NCBI GenBank assembly: GCA_018715385.1
Contig: DVLS01000146.1
Coordinates: 1-40,736, forward strand
Origin: Candidatus Avibacteroides faecavium
Lineage (GTDB): Bacteria > Bacteroidota > Bacteroidia > Bacteroidales > Bacteroidaceae
Direction: 5' to 3'
Length of the DNA: 40,736 nt
Under the pieces are notes generated by a model. The model worked only from the letters and a program-made list of their open reading frames with translations. It made no database searches and had not been told where the DNA came from. Position 1 is the stretch's first letter, and each line of letters starts with the position of its first letter. The translations under genes and the position numbers were made by a program. Shown piece after piece: positions 27,655-36,406 of this stretch.

Positions 27655-28836
27655 ATGAAAAAAATCTTAGTCGCCTTGTCGGCTCTGTTTGTCATGACCA
27701 TGGCAAACGCTCAGGAGTATGCCGTCAAGCAAAGCAAGTTTAAAGACAATTGGTTCCTTGAAGCCAAAGTCGGGGCATCGATGTTCCTCGCCTCCGACTG
27801 GAACTTTGATTCAGCCCTAAAGGACGTTACTTCCCCCTACGTGGGTCTGGCATTCGGCAAATACTTCAACCCCGTCATCGGCGCAAGGGTTGAGGTCGGT
27901 GCATGGCAGTTGAAAAATAAATTCAACAGCAACTCATGCAACATCGACGACCCTCTGAAGGCAAACTTCATTCAAACGAACTTCGACTTGATGTTCAACT
28001 TGATGAACGCTTTCGGGAAAGTCAAAGTTGACAGGAAGTTTGACCTCTACGGCATCTTGGGCATAGGCTACATGAGGCATTTGGGGTTTGTCAATGGCGT
28101 TGAGGACTATGCCTTGGCAAGCGACAAGCTCGGCGGCAGCAAAAACTTCGTCAACACCAAGCTCGCCCTCCAAGGACAATTCCATGTCACAAAGGCCGTC
28201 GATGTCAACCTTGAGGTGTCCGGCAACTTCATCGACAACTCTTTCATGCTCTCAAACAGGAAGTTCGCAGGCTATGTCAACGCGATGGCAGGCGTGGCCT
28301 ACAAATTCAAGAAGCGCGGGTTTGAACTCGGCGAAGTGGTGGAGTCTGGTCTTGTCGCATCGCTCAACGATGAAATCAACAAGCAAAGGAGTGTCATTGA
28401 CGGCAACGAGAGGGAAATCAGCGACCTCAAGAACCAACTCAAGGACTACAGGAACGAAAACGCAGCCCTCAACCAGAAACTTGCGGAAAGTGAGAAGAAC
28501 AAAGCTTCCGAACTCAAGAATGAAGTCGTCATCACCTACAGAATCGGCAAGACCGATGTCAGCAAGGAACAGCTCGTCAGCCTCTACAACGTGGCTCAGA
28601 TGTTGAAAGAGAATCCTGAGACAAACGTTGACATCAAGGCTTATGCCGATGCCAAGACCGGCAGTGCCAAACGTAATAAATACCTGACCGAGAAACGTGC
28701 CGAGACGATAGTCAAGATTTTGACCGAAAACTACGGCATCGACTCCAACAGGATCACAAGCACGGCCTACGGCTCAGACAGCCAAATCTACGACAACAAC
28801 GACTGGAACAGGATTGCAGTCATCGTCGTCAAGTGA
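27655..28836 (+). CDS. OmpA-family outer membrane protein (beta-barrel + coiled coil + OmpA C-terminal domain)
   Basis: Signal peptide MKKILVALSALFVMTMANA and an aromatic-rich barrel segment. A coiled coil (NEREISDLKNQLKDYRNENAALNQKL) is followed by the OmpA-like end (VDIKAYADAKTGSAKRNKYLTEKRAETIVKIL). Confidence 0.9.
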   Translation: MKKILVALSALFVMTMANAQEYAVKQSKFKDNWFLEAKVGASMFLASDWNFDSALKDVTSPYVGLAFGKYFNPVIGARVEVGAWQLKNKFNSNSCNIDDPLKANFIQTNFDLMFNLMNAFGKVKVDRKFDLYGILGIGYMRHLGFVNGVEDYALASDKLGGSKNFVNTKLALQGQFHVTKAVDVNLEVSGNFIDNSFMLSNRKFAGYVNAMAGVAYKFKKRGFELGEVVESGLVASLNDEINKQRSVIDGNEREISDLKNQLKDYRNENAALNQKLAESEKNKASELKNEVVITYRIGKTDVSKEQLVSLYNVAQMLKENPETNVDIKAYADAKTGSAKRNKYLTEKRAETIVKILTENYGIDSNRITSTAYGSDSQIYDNNDWNRIAVIVVK

Positions 28837-28866
28837 GCCGCACGACATCAGGACAAGACCAATGCA

Positions 28867-28899
28867 GGGGGCATCCGTTTCGGATGCCCCCTCTTTTTT
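28867..28899 (+). terminator. Intrinsic terminator of the OmpA-family gene
   Basis: GGGGGCATCCG-TTT-CGGATGCCCCC is a perfect 11-bp stem followed by TCTTTTTTC. Confidence 0.9.
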
Positions 28900-28986
28900 C
28901 ACCACACTGACAAACGCACATCAGCCCGGCATCACAATGACAGAACATCCCGTGCGTGCATGGGAAAGGCACAGGACCAAAGACTA

Positions 28987-29096
28987 AAAGCATCGTATGC
29001 CACCAGCAAAAGCATTGCATGAAACAAGGAAAAACATTGTATGCAAACAACAAAAACATCGTATGCAAACAGTAAAAACATCGCACCCGACAAACG
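28987..29096. repeat. Family-2 22-bp-phased repeat array, copy B (five units)
   Basis: The units have the form AAAA(A/G)CAT(C/T)G(T/C)ATG.... Cores are at 28991, 29013, 29035, 29057 and 29079 (the last one decayed), with exact 22-bp spacing. The array sits between two convergent terminators. Confidence 0.85.
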
Positions 29097-29177
29097 ATAT
29101 GGACGGAGAATATAAGGACATCAAACCACATCGCGCCACATACACGCGGCCGTGCGACCAATAGGGAAATAAGTCTG

Positions 29178-29224
29178 TAAAAACAGAAACGGTGAAAACC
29201 TCTCTTGCGAAAGACCTTCACCGT
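29178..29224 (-). terminator. Intrinsic terminator downstream of tRNA-Arg
   Basis: ACGGTGAA (29189-29196) / TTCACCGT (29217-29224) stem with extra internal pairs. On the minus strand it is followed by TTTCTGTTTTT. Confidence 0.7.
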
Positions 29225-29228
29225 CTTG

Positions 29229-29302
29229 TGACTCCGACAGGATTCAAACCTGTAACCTTCTGATCCGTAGTCAGATGCTCTATTCAGTTAAGCTACGGGA
29301 CC
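29229..29302 (-). tRNA. tRNA-Arg (anticodon ACG), structurally atypical; no encoded CCA
   Basis: Hand-folded 74-nt cloverleaf: acceptor GGTCCCG/CGGAGTC, D arm GCTT-AACTGAATA-GAGC, anticodon arm TCTGA-CTACGGA-TCAGA, variable loop AGGTT and T arm ACAGG-TTTGAAT-CCTGT. ArgRS identity elements A20, C35 and G36 are present. A promoter box lies upstream and a terminator downstream. Confidence 0.72.
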
Positions 29303-29321
29303 TCCGTTCTCAAATCGGATG

Positions 29322-29329
29322 CAAAGATA
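29322..29329 (-). promoter_or_regulatory. -7 promoter box (TATCTTTG on minus strand) for tRNA-Arg
   Basis: Plus-strand CAAAGATA, 19 nt upstream of tRNA position 1. Confidence 0.55.
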
Positions 29330-29369
29330 GAGATAAAATTGAGAATACGAAGTATCTCACCGAGTTTTT

Positions 29370-31667
29370 TCACTCAAAGAATGATTCATTGAAGATTTGC
29401 CACCCGAGAGTGATGCCGAAACTCCACGAATTCGCCGGGAAACGGGTGTAATTGACGTATGCCGAAATCGCCGCAAACGGCAGCACGCACACGCCTGACA
29501 GCTGCGCGAAACAGTTGTACTTGGAAAACAGTTTGCCATACTGCGCATTGCCGAGGTTGTTCCTCTCGATCGGGAATATAGGCTGGAAATAATAGACCTC
29601 GCCGCGCACATGAAACATATCGTTGAATTTATAGATAGGCTTCAACCCTGCGGCAAGGTATTGATTTGCCCTGAAATCTTCGTTGTAAGTCAGCTTCAGT
29701 TGCGCAACTGGCGCAAACTCGCCGGCAGCCAACATCGTCGCCGTGTAGTTGTGTGAAAAGTTGCGCGAGGAATAATAGCCCTCGACATACGTCCCGAGCA
29801 CCCAGTGGGATGTCAGCGGGAAGTAGGACTCGTTCTTGTACGACAGTTGCAGCCACGCTATCTTGTCCTGGAAGTCATATTCATTCCCGCTGTAAGCTGA
29901 ACGGAACCTCTCGCGGCCGGCATAGACCTGCGCGACGAGCTCATCGCGGCTGCCTTGCGTTGCAAACTGTTTAGTGTTGAGCGTGTTGCCACCAAAGAAG
30001 AGCGAGCCGCCGAGCAGGTCATAGGAACTCTTGTCCCTGTCCATCTTCTCAAAGTCAACGACACTCGACTGCAAGTAGGTGTCCTTTTGGCTGGCAACGC
30101 CGAAGCTGATTTCGGTCTTCTTGTTGAGCATGAAAGGAAACGCCACCTTCACCTTGATGAAAGTCTCCGTCTTACGGTTTATGGAAGGTGTGCCACGCTT
30201 GAAAAACATCTCATCGCGCTGGAAATAGTCGAAAGAGTTGTAGGAAGCTATGACCCTGTAGGATGTCGGTATGGCGGTAGCAAGATCAATCTTGGCCGAC
30301 AATTGCAGGTTGTTGTACACCTTGCCAAGTTGCCCGTCGAGCGTGAACTCTTTGGAGTAGTAGTTAAGGTCCTTGTAGGACACCCCGACGTAAACCTGGT
30401 TTGAAGTGTTGGAAATGTGGCCTCCCAATTTTATTGAGAACGGAGTGCCCATCTTCACATCAAGATACAGGTCGTAACACCCGTCCGCCTCGTCATAGAC
30501 TGCATGGGGGATTATCTCGGAAATTATACCGTCAGTCAGCAACTTAAAGTAGCTTGTCTTGAAGTCGTCGAAAGTGAATGTCCCTTTTGTCTTGCTGGTG
30601 TTGTAGATTTCCCTCCTGATGTAATAGCTCTGCCTCGGTGTCGCCCCGTTGACATGGATGTCCTTGAAGACAAGCGCAGGCAGGGATTTCTTGTACAACT
30701 CGCGACGCAAATCCATCTCAGCCTTGCCTACCCTGCGTGTGATACGGCTCTTGATGGTGTCCATCATGGATATGGCGCGGTCGTAGCCTATTTGCGATAT
30801 CTTTTCCACCTTATCAAAATCCAAAAGACTCACATCGGTAAAGTAGAAACGCATGAGTATGTCCATGCTGTCAGGCAACGAATAGTCGCTCTTCTGCATT
30901 ATCATATTTTCGACTTGCCCGATGATGTCCCTCTCGTCCGGCTTCTTGGGATTGGAGGCGACGACACTGCCGATGATGATGTCGGGAGCAAAATCCTCAT
31001 CCATCACATCTGCCGGGAAATTGTTGTAGATGCCACCGTCGTAGACAAGGGTGGAATCGTTCATGATAGGCTTGAACACCAGCGGGAAAGTCATTGATGC
31101 CCTCACGGCATCACCGAGGTCGCCATTGCGGTATATGATTTCACGCTTATGGTAAACGTCCGAAGCCACGCTGCGAAACGGTACAAATAAATCGTCAAAG
31201 TTCCCCCGGCACTGTGCGGTCGCAGCCGTGAAGACTTGCAAGAAGGCAATGTTCATCTGCACCGGGTTGACAAGGCTCGTGGGCAGGAAATGCTGCTTGC
31301 GCGATGTCGAATCCTTGAACGAAATCTTCAGATTGAAAAAATCCGGAGTATGGCGGTCACGCTTGAAATAATAGATGTACTTATCGTCTATTTGCCCTGT
31401 ATACCACTTTTTGAAATCATCAGATTTCACGAGATGCTCCATCTCCTCGGGCGTATACCCCATGGCATAGAGCGCACCGACGATTGCCCCCATCGACGTG
31501 CCGGTGATGTAGTCGATGGGGATGTCATTTTCCTCAAGAGCTTTTATGATGCCAATGTGCGCCAAGCCCTTTGCCCCTCCACCACTCAACACGAGACCGA
31601 CCTTTTGCGGATGAATGCTGAGGGAGACGAGCAACAGAGCTATTATGGCAGCCAGGCATCGTTTCAT
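29370..31667 (-). CDS. Patatin-like phospholipase fused to an Omp85/BamA-like beta-barrel (PlpD-like, type Vd secretion architecture)
   Basis: Patatin motifs LSGGGAKG, GTSMG (GxSxG) and YDGGIYNNFP (Asp of the dyad), followed by ~450 aa of aromatic-rich beta-barrel-like sequence. The ATG at 31667 (MKRCLAAIIALLLVSLS signal peptide) is preferred over the TTG at 31676. Confidence 0.88.
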   Translation of the reverse strand: MKRCLAAIIALLLVSLSIHPQKVGLVLSGGGAKGLAHIGIIKALEENDIPIDYITGTSMGAIVGALYAMGYTPEEMEHLVKSDDFKKWYTGQIDDKYIYYFKRDRHTPDFFNLKISFKDSTSRKQHFLPTSLVNPVQMNIAFLQVFTAATAQCRGNFDDLFVPFRSVASDVYHKREIIYRNGDLGDAVRASMTFPLVFKPIMNDSTLVYDGGIYNNFPADVMDEDFAPDIIIGSVVASNPKKPDERDIIGQVENMIMQKSDYSLPDSMDILMRFYFTDVSLLDFDKVEKISQIGYDRAISMMDTIKSRITRRVGKAEMDLRRELYKKSLPALVFKDIHVNGATPRQSYYIRREIYNTSKTKGTFTFDDFKTSYFKLLTDGIISEIIPHAVYDEADGCYDLYLDVKMGTPFSIKLGGHISNTSNQVYVGVSYKDLNYYSKEFTLDGQLGKVYNNLQLSAKIDLATAIPTSYRVIASYNSFDYFQRDEMFFKRGTPSINRKTETFIKVKVAFPFMLNKKTEISFGVASQKDTYLQSSVVDFEKMDRDKSSYDLLGGSLFFGGNTLNTKQFATQGSRDELVAQVYAGRERFRSAYSGNEYDFQDKIAWLQLSYKNESYFPLTSHWVLGTYVEGYYSSRNFSHNYTATMLAAGEFAPVAQLKLTYNEDFRANQYLAAGLKPIYKFNDMFHVRGEVYYFQPIFPIERNNLGNAQYGKLFSKYNCFAQLSGVCVLPFAAISAYVNYTRFPANSWSFGITLGWQIFNESFFE

Positions 31668-31672
31668 AGGTG

Positions 31673-32128
31673 TCAATCACTGATTATGCGGATGACATAC
31701 TCGCTGACACGCACGACAGTGTAACGCTTCAAGAAATACTCACTGCCTGAGATTGGCGCGCCACCGTTCCAAAGGTTGTACTGTGCACCGCACATTGGAC
31801 AAGCCGCCTTGCCAGAAAAATTGTCGTCCACCAATTCCACAGCCACCTTGCGGTTAGCCTCAACAGGGCAGGCACTGTCATAGGCATAATACTGATTGTC
31901 AAGCAGGGAACTCCCGACCAAAAGACCAGCATAGCCGATTGGTGCATTCGTGTTGGGAAATGTCTTCATTTCCATAAAGTACCCCGGGGTCTGCAAGCCG
32001 ATGTATGCCGCCTGCCGCATATCACAATCAACCGACCTGAACGTCATGCCAGGAATCGTGGTCTCAGCCTTCTGGCATGAGACAAGCAGCGACAAGAGCA
32101 GCAACAAGCATGACGCGAGCCTAATCAT
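31673..32128 (-). CDS. Hypothetical lipoprotein with Cys-rich Rieske-like pattern
   Basis: Signal/lipobox MIRLASCLLLLLSLLVSC from the ATG at 32128 (the track start 32176 is TTG). It contains ACPVE...(x17)...ACPMCGAQY. Overlaps the upstream gene by 8 nt. Confidence 0.7.
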   Translation of the reverse strand: MIRLASCLLLLLSLLVSCQKAETTIPGMTFRSVDCDMRQAAYIGLQTPGYFMEMKTFPNTNAPIGYAGLLVGSSLLDNQYYAYDSACPVEANRKVAVELVDDNFSGKAACPMCGAQYNLWNGGAPISGSEYFLKRYTVVRVSEYVIRIISD

Positions 32129-32534
32129 AGTTGACCTGTGACAACATCTCGGCAAGTTTTTCCACAGCTTCCTCAATCTTTCCTTTCATGAGATTGCGGG
32201 TGAGGATATTGAGATTTATCTTCACTGTCACTCTCATCTTGGATGTCTGCGCATCGATAGGCACGATTTGAATCCACAGATTGAATGCTATCGGGGAGTC
32301 GGGCGAACCGAATTTGACGGTCTTGCACGGCTCACGCTCAACAATGCTCAATGTCACCTTGCCAACGGGGGCGACCGTGACGGTCACATTGTCACTGTCA
32401 TAGGTGAGTGACTGCACCTTGTCCTCTGGAATCTTGTCCTTGACACGCTCAAGATTGTTCAAGTCAGAGACCAAGGCATAGACTTTCTCTTGCGGATAAG
32501 GGATGACCTTTATGCTGCTTTCAAATTTATCCAT
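32121..32534 (-). CDS. SRPBCC (START/CoxG-like) family protein
   Basis: ~137 aa with the typical start MDKFESSIKVIPYPQEKVYALVSDLNNL and a C-terminal amphipathic helix. The ATG at 32534 sits just after the pyrE stop. Fold-family call from pattern only. Confidence 0.65.
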   Translation of the reverse strand: MDKFESSIKVIPYPQEKVYALVSDLNNLERVKDKIPEDKVQSLTYDSDNVTVTVAPVGKVTLSIVEREPCKTVKFGSPDSPIAFNLWIQIVPIDAQTSKMRVTVKINLNILTRNLMKGKIEEAVEKLAEMLSQVNYD

Positions 32535-32536
32535 GC

Positions 32537-33169
32537 TCACTTCCCCCATTCCGACGGGTTTTTCCTCCACTCATGCAAAGTCTCAATCTGGCCTTCTGAG
32601 ATATACCCGGTTTTCAAAGCCGTCTCGACCACTGCCTCATAGTCGGTCAGGGTCAACAATTTCACGTCAGCCTTTTCAAATGCTTCTTTCGCTACAGGGA
32701 AGCCGTAGGTGTAGGATGCGACCATGCCGATGACTTTGCTGTTCATGTTGCGCAGGGCATTGACTGCCTTGAGGCTGCTGCCGCCAGTCGAAATCAAGTC
32801 TTCAACGACCACGACTTTCGCCCCTTCTGGCAAATAACCTTCGACAAGGTTCTCAAGGCCATGGTCTTTCGGTGCTGAACGCACGTAGACGAATGGCAAC
32901 TCAAGCAGGTCGGCAACCAACGCACCTTGGGCTATTGCTCCTGTGGCGACACCTGCGATGACCTCGACTTCCGGGAAGTTCGCTTTTATGAGTTTTGCAA
33001 ATTCATTTTTGATGTATGTCCGCAATGCGGGATAGGAAAGGGTTTTCCTGTTGTCGCAATAGAATGGAGATTTCCAACCCGAAGCCCAAGTGAATGGGTT
33101 GGCCGGTTGCAACTTTATGGCTTTGATGGCCAACAATTCTTTTGCCAACTGTTCTTTTACGTCTTGCAT
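32537..33169 (-). CDS. pyrE: Orotate phosphoribosyltransferase
   Basis: 210 aa with the PRPP-binding motif VVVVEDLISTGGS. Confidence 0.93.
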   Translation of the reverse strand: MQDVKEQLAKELLAIKAIKLQPANPFTWASGWKSPFYCDNRKTLSYPALRTYIKNEFAKLIKANFPEVEVIAGVATGAIAQGALVADLLELPFVYVRSAPKDHGLENLVEGYLPEGAKVVVVEDLISTGGSSLKAVNALRNMNSKVIGMVASYTYGFPVAKEAFEKADVKLLTLTDYEAVVETALKTGYISEGQIETLHEWRKNPSEWGK

Positions 33170-33184
33170 ATCACTTTATGTTTT

Positions 33185-35929
33185 TTAATTGCTGAAATAA
33201 TCTGGTTTCCGTTTTCTTGCCTCCTCCAAAGATAGGAGTTCCTGATGTGTCTTGCCGTGTTCTGCCCTTATTTTCTCATATTCGCCGCGCAATTCTTCCT
33301 TATATGCCGCACAAGACACTGGGTCGAGCAGTTTTTTCAATGCCGGCACGTTTTGTGAGGCATCCTTGACATGGACGACGATGCCCGAATAGTTTGGAGC
33401 TATCTTAATGGCCGTGTGCTTCAACGAAGTAGTCGCCCCACCTATCATCACGGGGATTTGCAAGCCTTCGGCCTCCATGAGCTTTACGACATTGACCATC
33501 TCGGCGAGCGACGGGGTTATCAGCCCGCTCAACCCGATGGCATCAACGTTCATTTCCTTGGCAGCACGCACTATGTCCTCGGCTTGCACCATGACTCCGA
33601 GGTCCACCACCTCATAATTGTTGCATGACAGCACCACCGAGACGATGTTTTTACCGATGTCATGCACATCGCCTTTGACCGTTGCGAGGAGAATCTTGCC
33701 TGCGTAATGAGCCGATGACGCTTTCTCCTTTTCTATATACGGTTGCAAAATCTCGACTGCTTTCTTCATCGTCCTTGCCGTCTTGACTATCTGGGGCAGG
33801 AACATCTTGCCTGACGAGAACAATTCCCCCACTCTGTCCATCCCGTCCATCAACGGTTTCTCGATGATGGCGATTGGCGAAGGATAGGATTGCAACGCCT
33901 CCGACAAATCTTCGGGCAGGAAATCGTCAACACCATGCTGCAACGCATAGGCGAGCCTCTCGTCAAGCGGCAATGACCTCCACCCGAGCATTCCATGACT
34001 GTCAGTCCCGACAGGCGCAGAACCTGCCAGGGCAAGCACATCATTGAGTGCATCGTCCCGGCGGAATAGTATGAAATCCTCCAGCACCCTGACCTGCTCA
34101 TCGCTCAGGTCGGCATAGGTGACTTTGGAATAGGGGTTGACGATTCCCATATTCATCCCCTCCTTTATTGCAAGGTTAAGGAACACTGCGTGGATTGCTT
34201 CCCGCACGAAATTGTTGCCACGGAAAGCAAACGACAAATTACTTACCCCGCCACTGACATTGACGCCAGGCAGATGGGAATGTATCCAACCGACACAGCG
34301 TATGAAATCCAAAGCATAGCGGTCGTGCTCCTTCATCCCGGTGCCGATTGCCAGGACGTTGGGGTCAAATATTATATCCTCCGGTTTCATACCAGCCTTG
34401 TCCACCAACAGGCCATAGGCTCGGCTACATATCTCTATTTTCCGTTCAAAAGTGTCGGCCTGCCCTTTTTCGTCAAAAGCCATGACGACGACGGCCGCCC
34501 CCAAAGCTTTCACCTCCCTTGCCCTTTCCAGGAAGATGCGTTCACCCTCTTTCAAGGATATGGAGTTGACGATTGACTTCCCTTGCAAGCACTTGAGACC
34601 GGCGGTAATCACGTCCCATTCCGACGAGTCTATCATCACCGGCACGCGGGCTATCGACGGGTCGGAAGCCATGAGGTTGAGGAAATTGACCATCTCGCCG
34701 CGCACGTCGAGCATCCCGTCGTCCATATTCACGTCGAGCACTTGCGCCCCGTTCTCAACCTGCTCGCGAGCGATATGCAAGGCCTCGTCATAATTCTTCT
34801 CCTTTATCAGCCTGAGGAACTTCCTTGAACCTGCGACATTGCATCGCTCGCCTATGTTGACGAAGTTGAACTCCGGCTTCACGTCGAGTGCCTCCATCCC
34901 CGACAGGACGAGATTGCGCGTAGGGGTTGACGGCACATGGACTTTGGCGCAGCCTATTATATCCGAGTATTTCCTGATGTGCTCGTCGGTCGTGCCGCAA
35001 CAGCCGCCGACAATGTTGACATAGCCGCCGGACAGCACTTCAAGCATATCGCGTGCCATGTCGTCAGGCGACTGTTCGTACTCCCCAAATTCATTGGGCA
35101 ACCCAGCGTTGGGATAGACACTGATGTAGCACGGCGCAATCGCCGACAACTGCTTGATGAACGGCTGCATCTGCTTGGCACCGAAAGAACAATTCAGCCC
35201 CATGGAGAAGATGTCATGGCACGACATCGAAGCGCAAAACGCCTCAAGTGTCTGCCCCGAGAGCGTGCGCCCCGAGTTGCCCGACAATGTGACCGACAGC
35301 ATCACCGGCACTCTCCGCCCCACGGCAGCCATGGCCTTGTCGGCAGCATAGACGGCCGCCTTGGCATTGAGCGTGTCAAATATGGTCTCGATGAGCAGGG
35401 CATCCACCCCGCCAGCCACAAGCACCGCCATCTGCTCCTCATAGGCGGCAGCCAGCGTGTCAAAGTCTATCGCACGGGCGGCAGGATTCTCAACATCGGG
35501 GGAAATCGAGCAGGATTTATTGGTGGGGCCGACCGAAGCCACGACATAACGGGGCTTTGACGGGTCAGCTGCGGTATATTCGTCCACCAGCCTGCGGGCT
35601 ATGCCGACGGCTGCGGCATTCATCTCGCGCACCACGTCCTCCAGCCCATAGTCGGCCATGGAGACACGATTGGCGTTGAACGTGCAGGTCTCGATGATGT
35701 CAGCCCCCGCGTCAAGGTATTTGCGGTGGATGTCCGCCACCACTTCGGGCTTCGTCAGGCACAGGAGGTCGTTGTTGCCCTTCAACTGGCAATGATGGTC
35801 CTTGAACCTCGTGCCACGGAAGTCGTCCTCGCACAGCCCGTACTGTTGAATCATAGTCCCCATCGCACCATCGAGGATGAGGACACGGCCGCGCACTGCA
35901 TCGGCCAAAGTCATCTTGTCACCTATCAT
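33185..35929 (-). CDS. metH: Cobalamin-dependent methionine synthase lacking the C-terminal AdoMet reactivation domain
   Basis: Hcy-binding domain (VLILDGAMGTMIQ, GGCCGT), pterin-binding domain, and B12 cap plus Rossmann domain with GDVHDIGKNIV (DxHxxG). The protein ends ~60 aa after the B12 domain. The start is either 35929 or 35914; the track start 36001 lies inside smpB. Confidence 0.92.
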   Translation of the reverse strand: MIGDKMTLADAVRGRVLILDGAMGTMIQQYGLCEDDFRGTRFKDHHCQLKGNNDLLCLTKPEVVADIHRKYLDAGADIIETCTFNANRVSMADYGLEDVVREMNAAAVGIARRLVDEYTAADPSKPRYVVASVGPTNKSCSISPDVENPAARAIDFDTLAAAYEEQMAVLVAGGVDALLIETIFDTLNAKAAVYAADKAMAAVGRRVPVMLSVTLSGNSGRTLSGQTLEAFCASMSCHDIFSMGLNCSFGAKQMQPFIKQLSAIAPCYISVYPNAGLPNEFGEYEQSPDDMARDMLEVLSGGYVNIVGGCCGTTDEHIRKYSDIIGCAKVHVPSTPTRNLVLSGMEALDVKPEFNFVNIGERCNVAGSRKFLRLIKEKNYDEALHIAREQVENGAQVLDVNMDDGMLDVRGEMVNFLNLMASDPSIARVPVMIDSSEWDVITAGLKCLQGKSIVNSISLKEGERIFLERAREVKALGAAVVVMAFDEKGQADTFERKIEICSRAYGLLVDKAGMKPEDIIFDPNVLAIGTGMKEHDRYALDFIRCVGWIHSHLPGVNVSGGVSNLSFAFRGNNFVREAIHAVFLNLAIKEGMNMGIVNPYSKVTYADLSDEQVRVLEDFILFRRDDALNDVLALAGSAPVGTDSHGMLGWRSLPLDERLAYALQHGVDDFLPEDLSEALQSYPSPIAIIEKPLMDGMDRVGELFSSGKMFLPQIVKTARTMKKAVEILQPYIEKEKASSAHYAGKILLATVKGDVHDIGKNIVSVVLSCNNYEVVDLGVMVQAEDIVRAAKEMNVDAIGLSGLITPSLAEMVNVVKLMEAEGLQIPVMIGGATTSLKHTAIKIAPNYSGIVVHVKDASQNVPALKKLLDPVSCAAYKEELRGEYEKIRAEHGKTHQELLSLEEARKRKPDYFSN

Positions 35930-35933
35930 CAAA

Positions 35934-36404
35934 TCATTTCTTGAAGAACCGATCCATATACCTCTTGTCATCCCGCTCCTTGATGGCCTCACGCTTGTCA
36001 TATTGCTTCTTGCCCTTGGCCAACGCTATGACCAGCTTGGCAAGGCCGCGCTCGTTGATGAACAGCCTGACAGGCACGATGGTGAAGCCGCTCTCCTTGA
36101 CCGCACGCTCCAGCTTGATGAGTTCTTTCTTCTCCAACAGCAGTTTGCGGTCGCGGCGGCTGGCGTGGTTGTTGTAGGAGCCATAGAAGTACTCCGACAC
36201 ATTCATATTCTTCACCCACAGCTCGCCCTTGACGAAGTAGCAGAAAGTGTCCACCAGGCTGGCCTTGCCGAGGCGGATGGACTTGATTTCAGTCCCCGTC
36301 AGGACGATGCCGGCCGTATACTGGTCGATGAACTCGTAGTCGAAGCTCGCCCTGCGGTTCTTGATGTTTATGTTGTTTCCCTTGAATAATCCTTTGGAAG
36401 CCAT
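35934..36404 (-). CDS. smpB: SsrA-binding protein
   Basis: ~156 aa with [16 protein letters not shown] and a basic C-terminal tail. The ATG at 36404 follows the upstream stop at 36407; the track start 36422 is TTG. Confidence 0.92.
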   Translation of the reverse strand: MASKGLFKGNNINIKNRRASFDYEFIDQYTAGIVLTGTEIKSIRLGKASLVDTFCYFVKGELWVKNMNVSEYFYGSYNNHASRRDRKLLLEKKELIKLERAVKESGFTIVPVRLFINERGLAKLVIALAKGKKQYDKREAIKERDDKRYMDRFFKK

Positions 36405-36406
36405 TC

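Noticed and set aside
28829-29221. 130-aa Cys/Phe-rich minus-strand ORF between the OmpA gene and the tRNA.
   Set aside because: It has a GTG start inside the tRNA terminator stem and reads through the family-2 array and the OmpA terminator. Its composition reflects the repeat, not a protein.
28837-29302. Genomic island or integrative element inserted at the tRNA-Arg 3' end.
   Set aside because: There is no integrase or other mobile genes on either side. I could not find a direct repeat of the tRNA 3' half in the window, and the flanking genes are core envelope functions. The atypical tRNA 3' acceptor strand keeps a small residual doubt.
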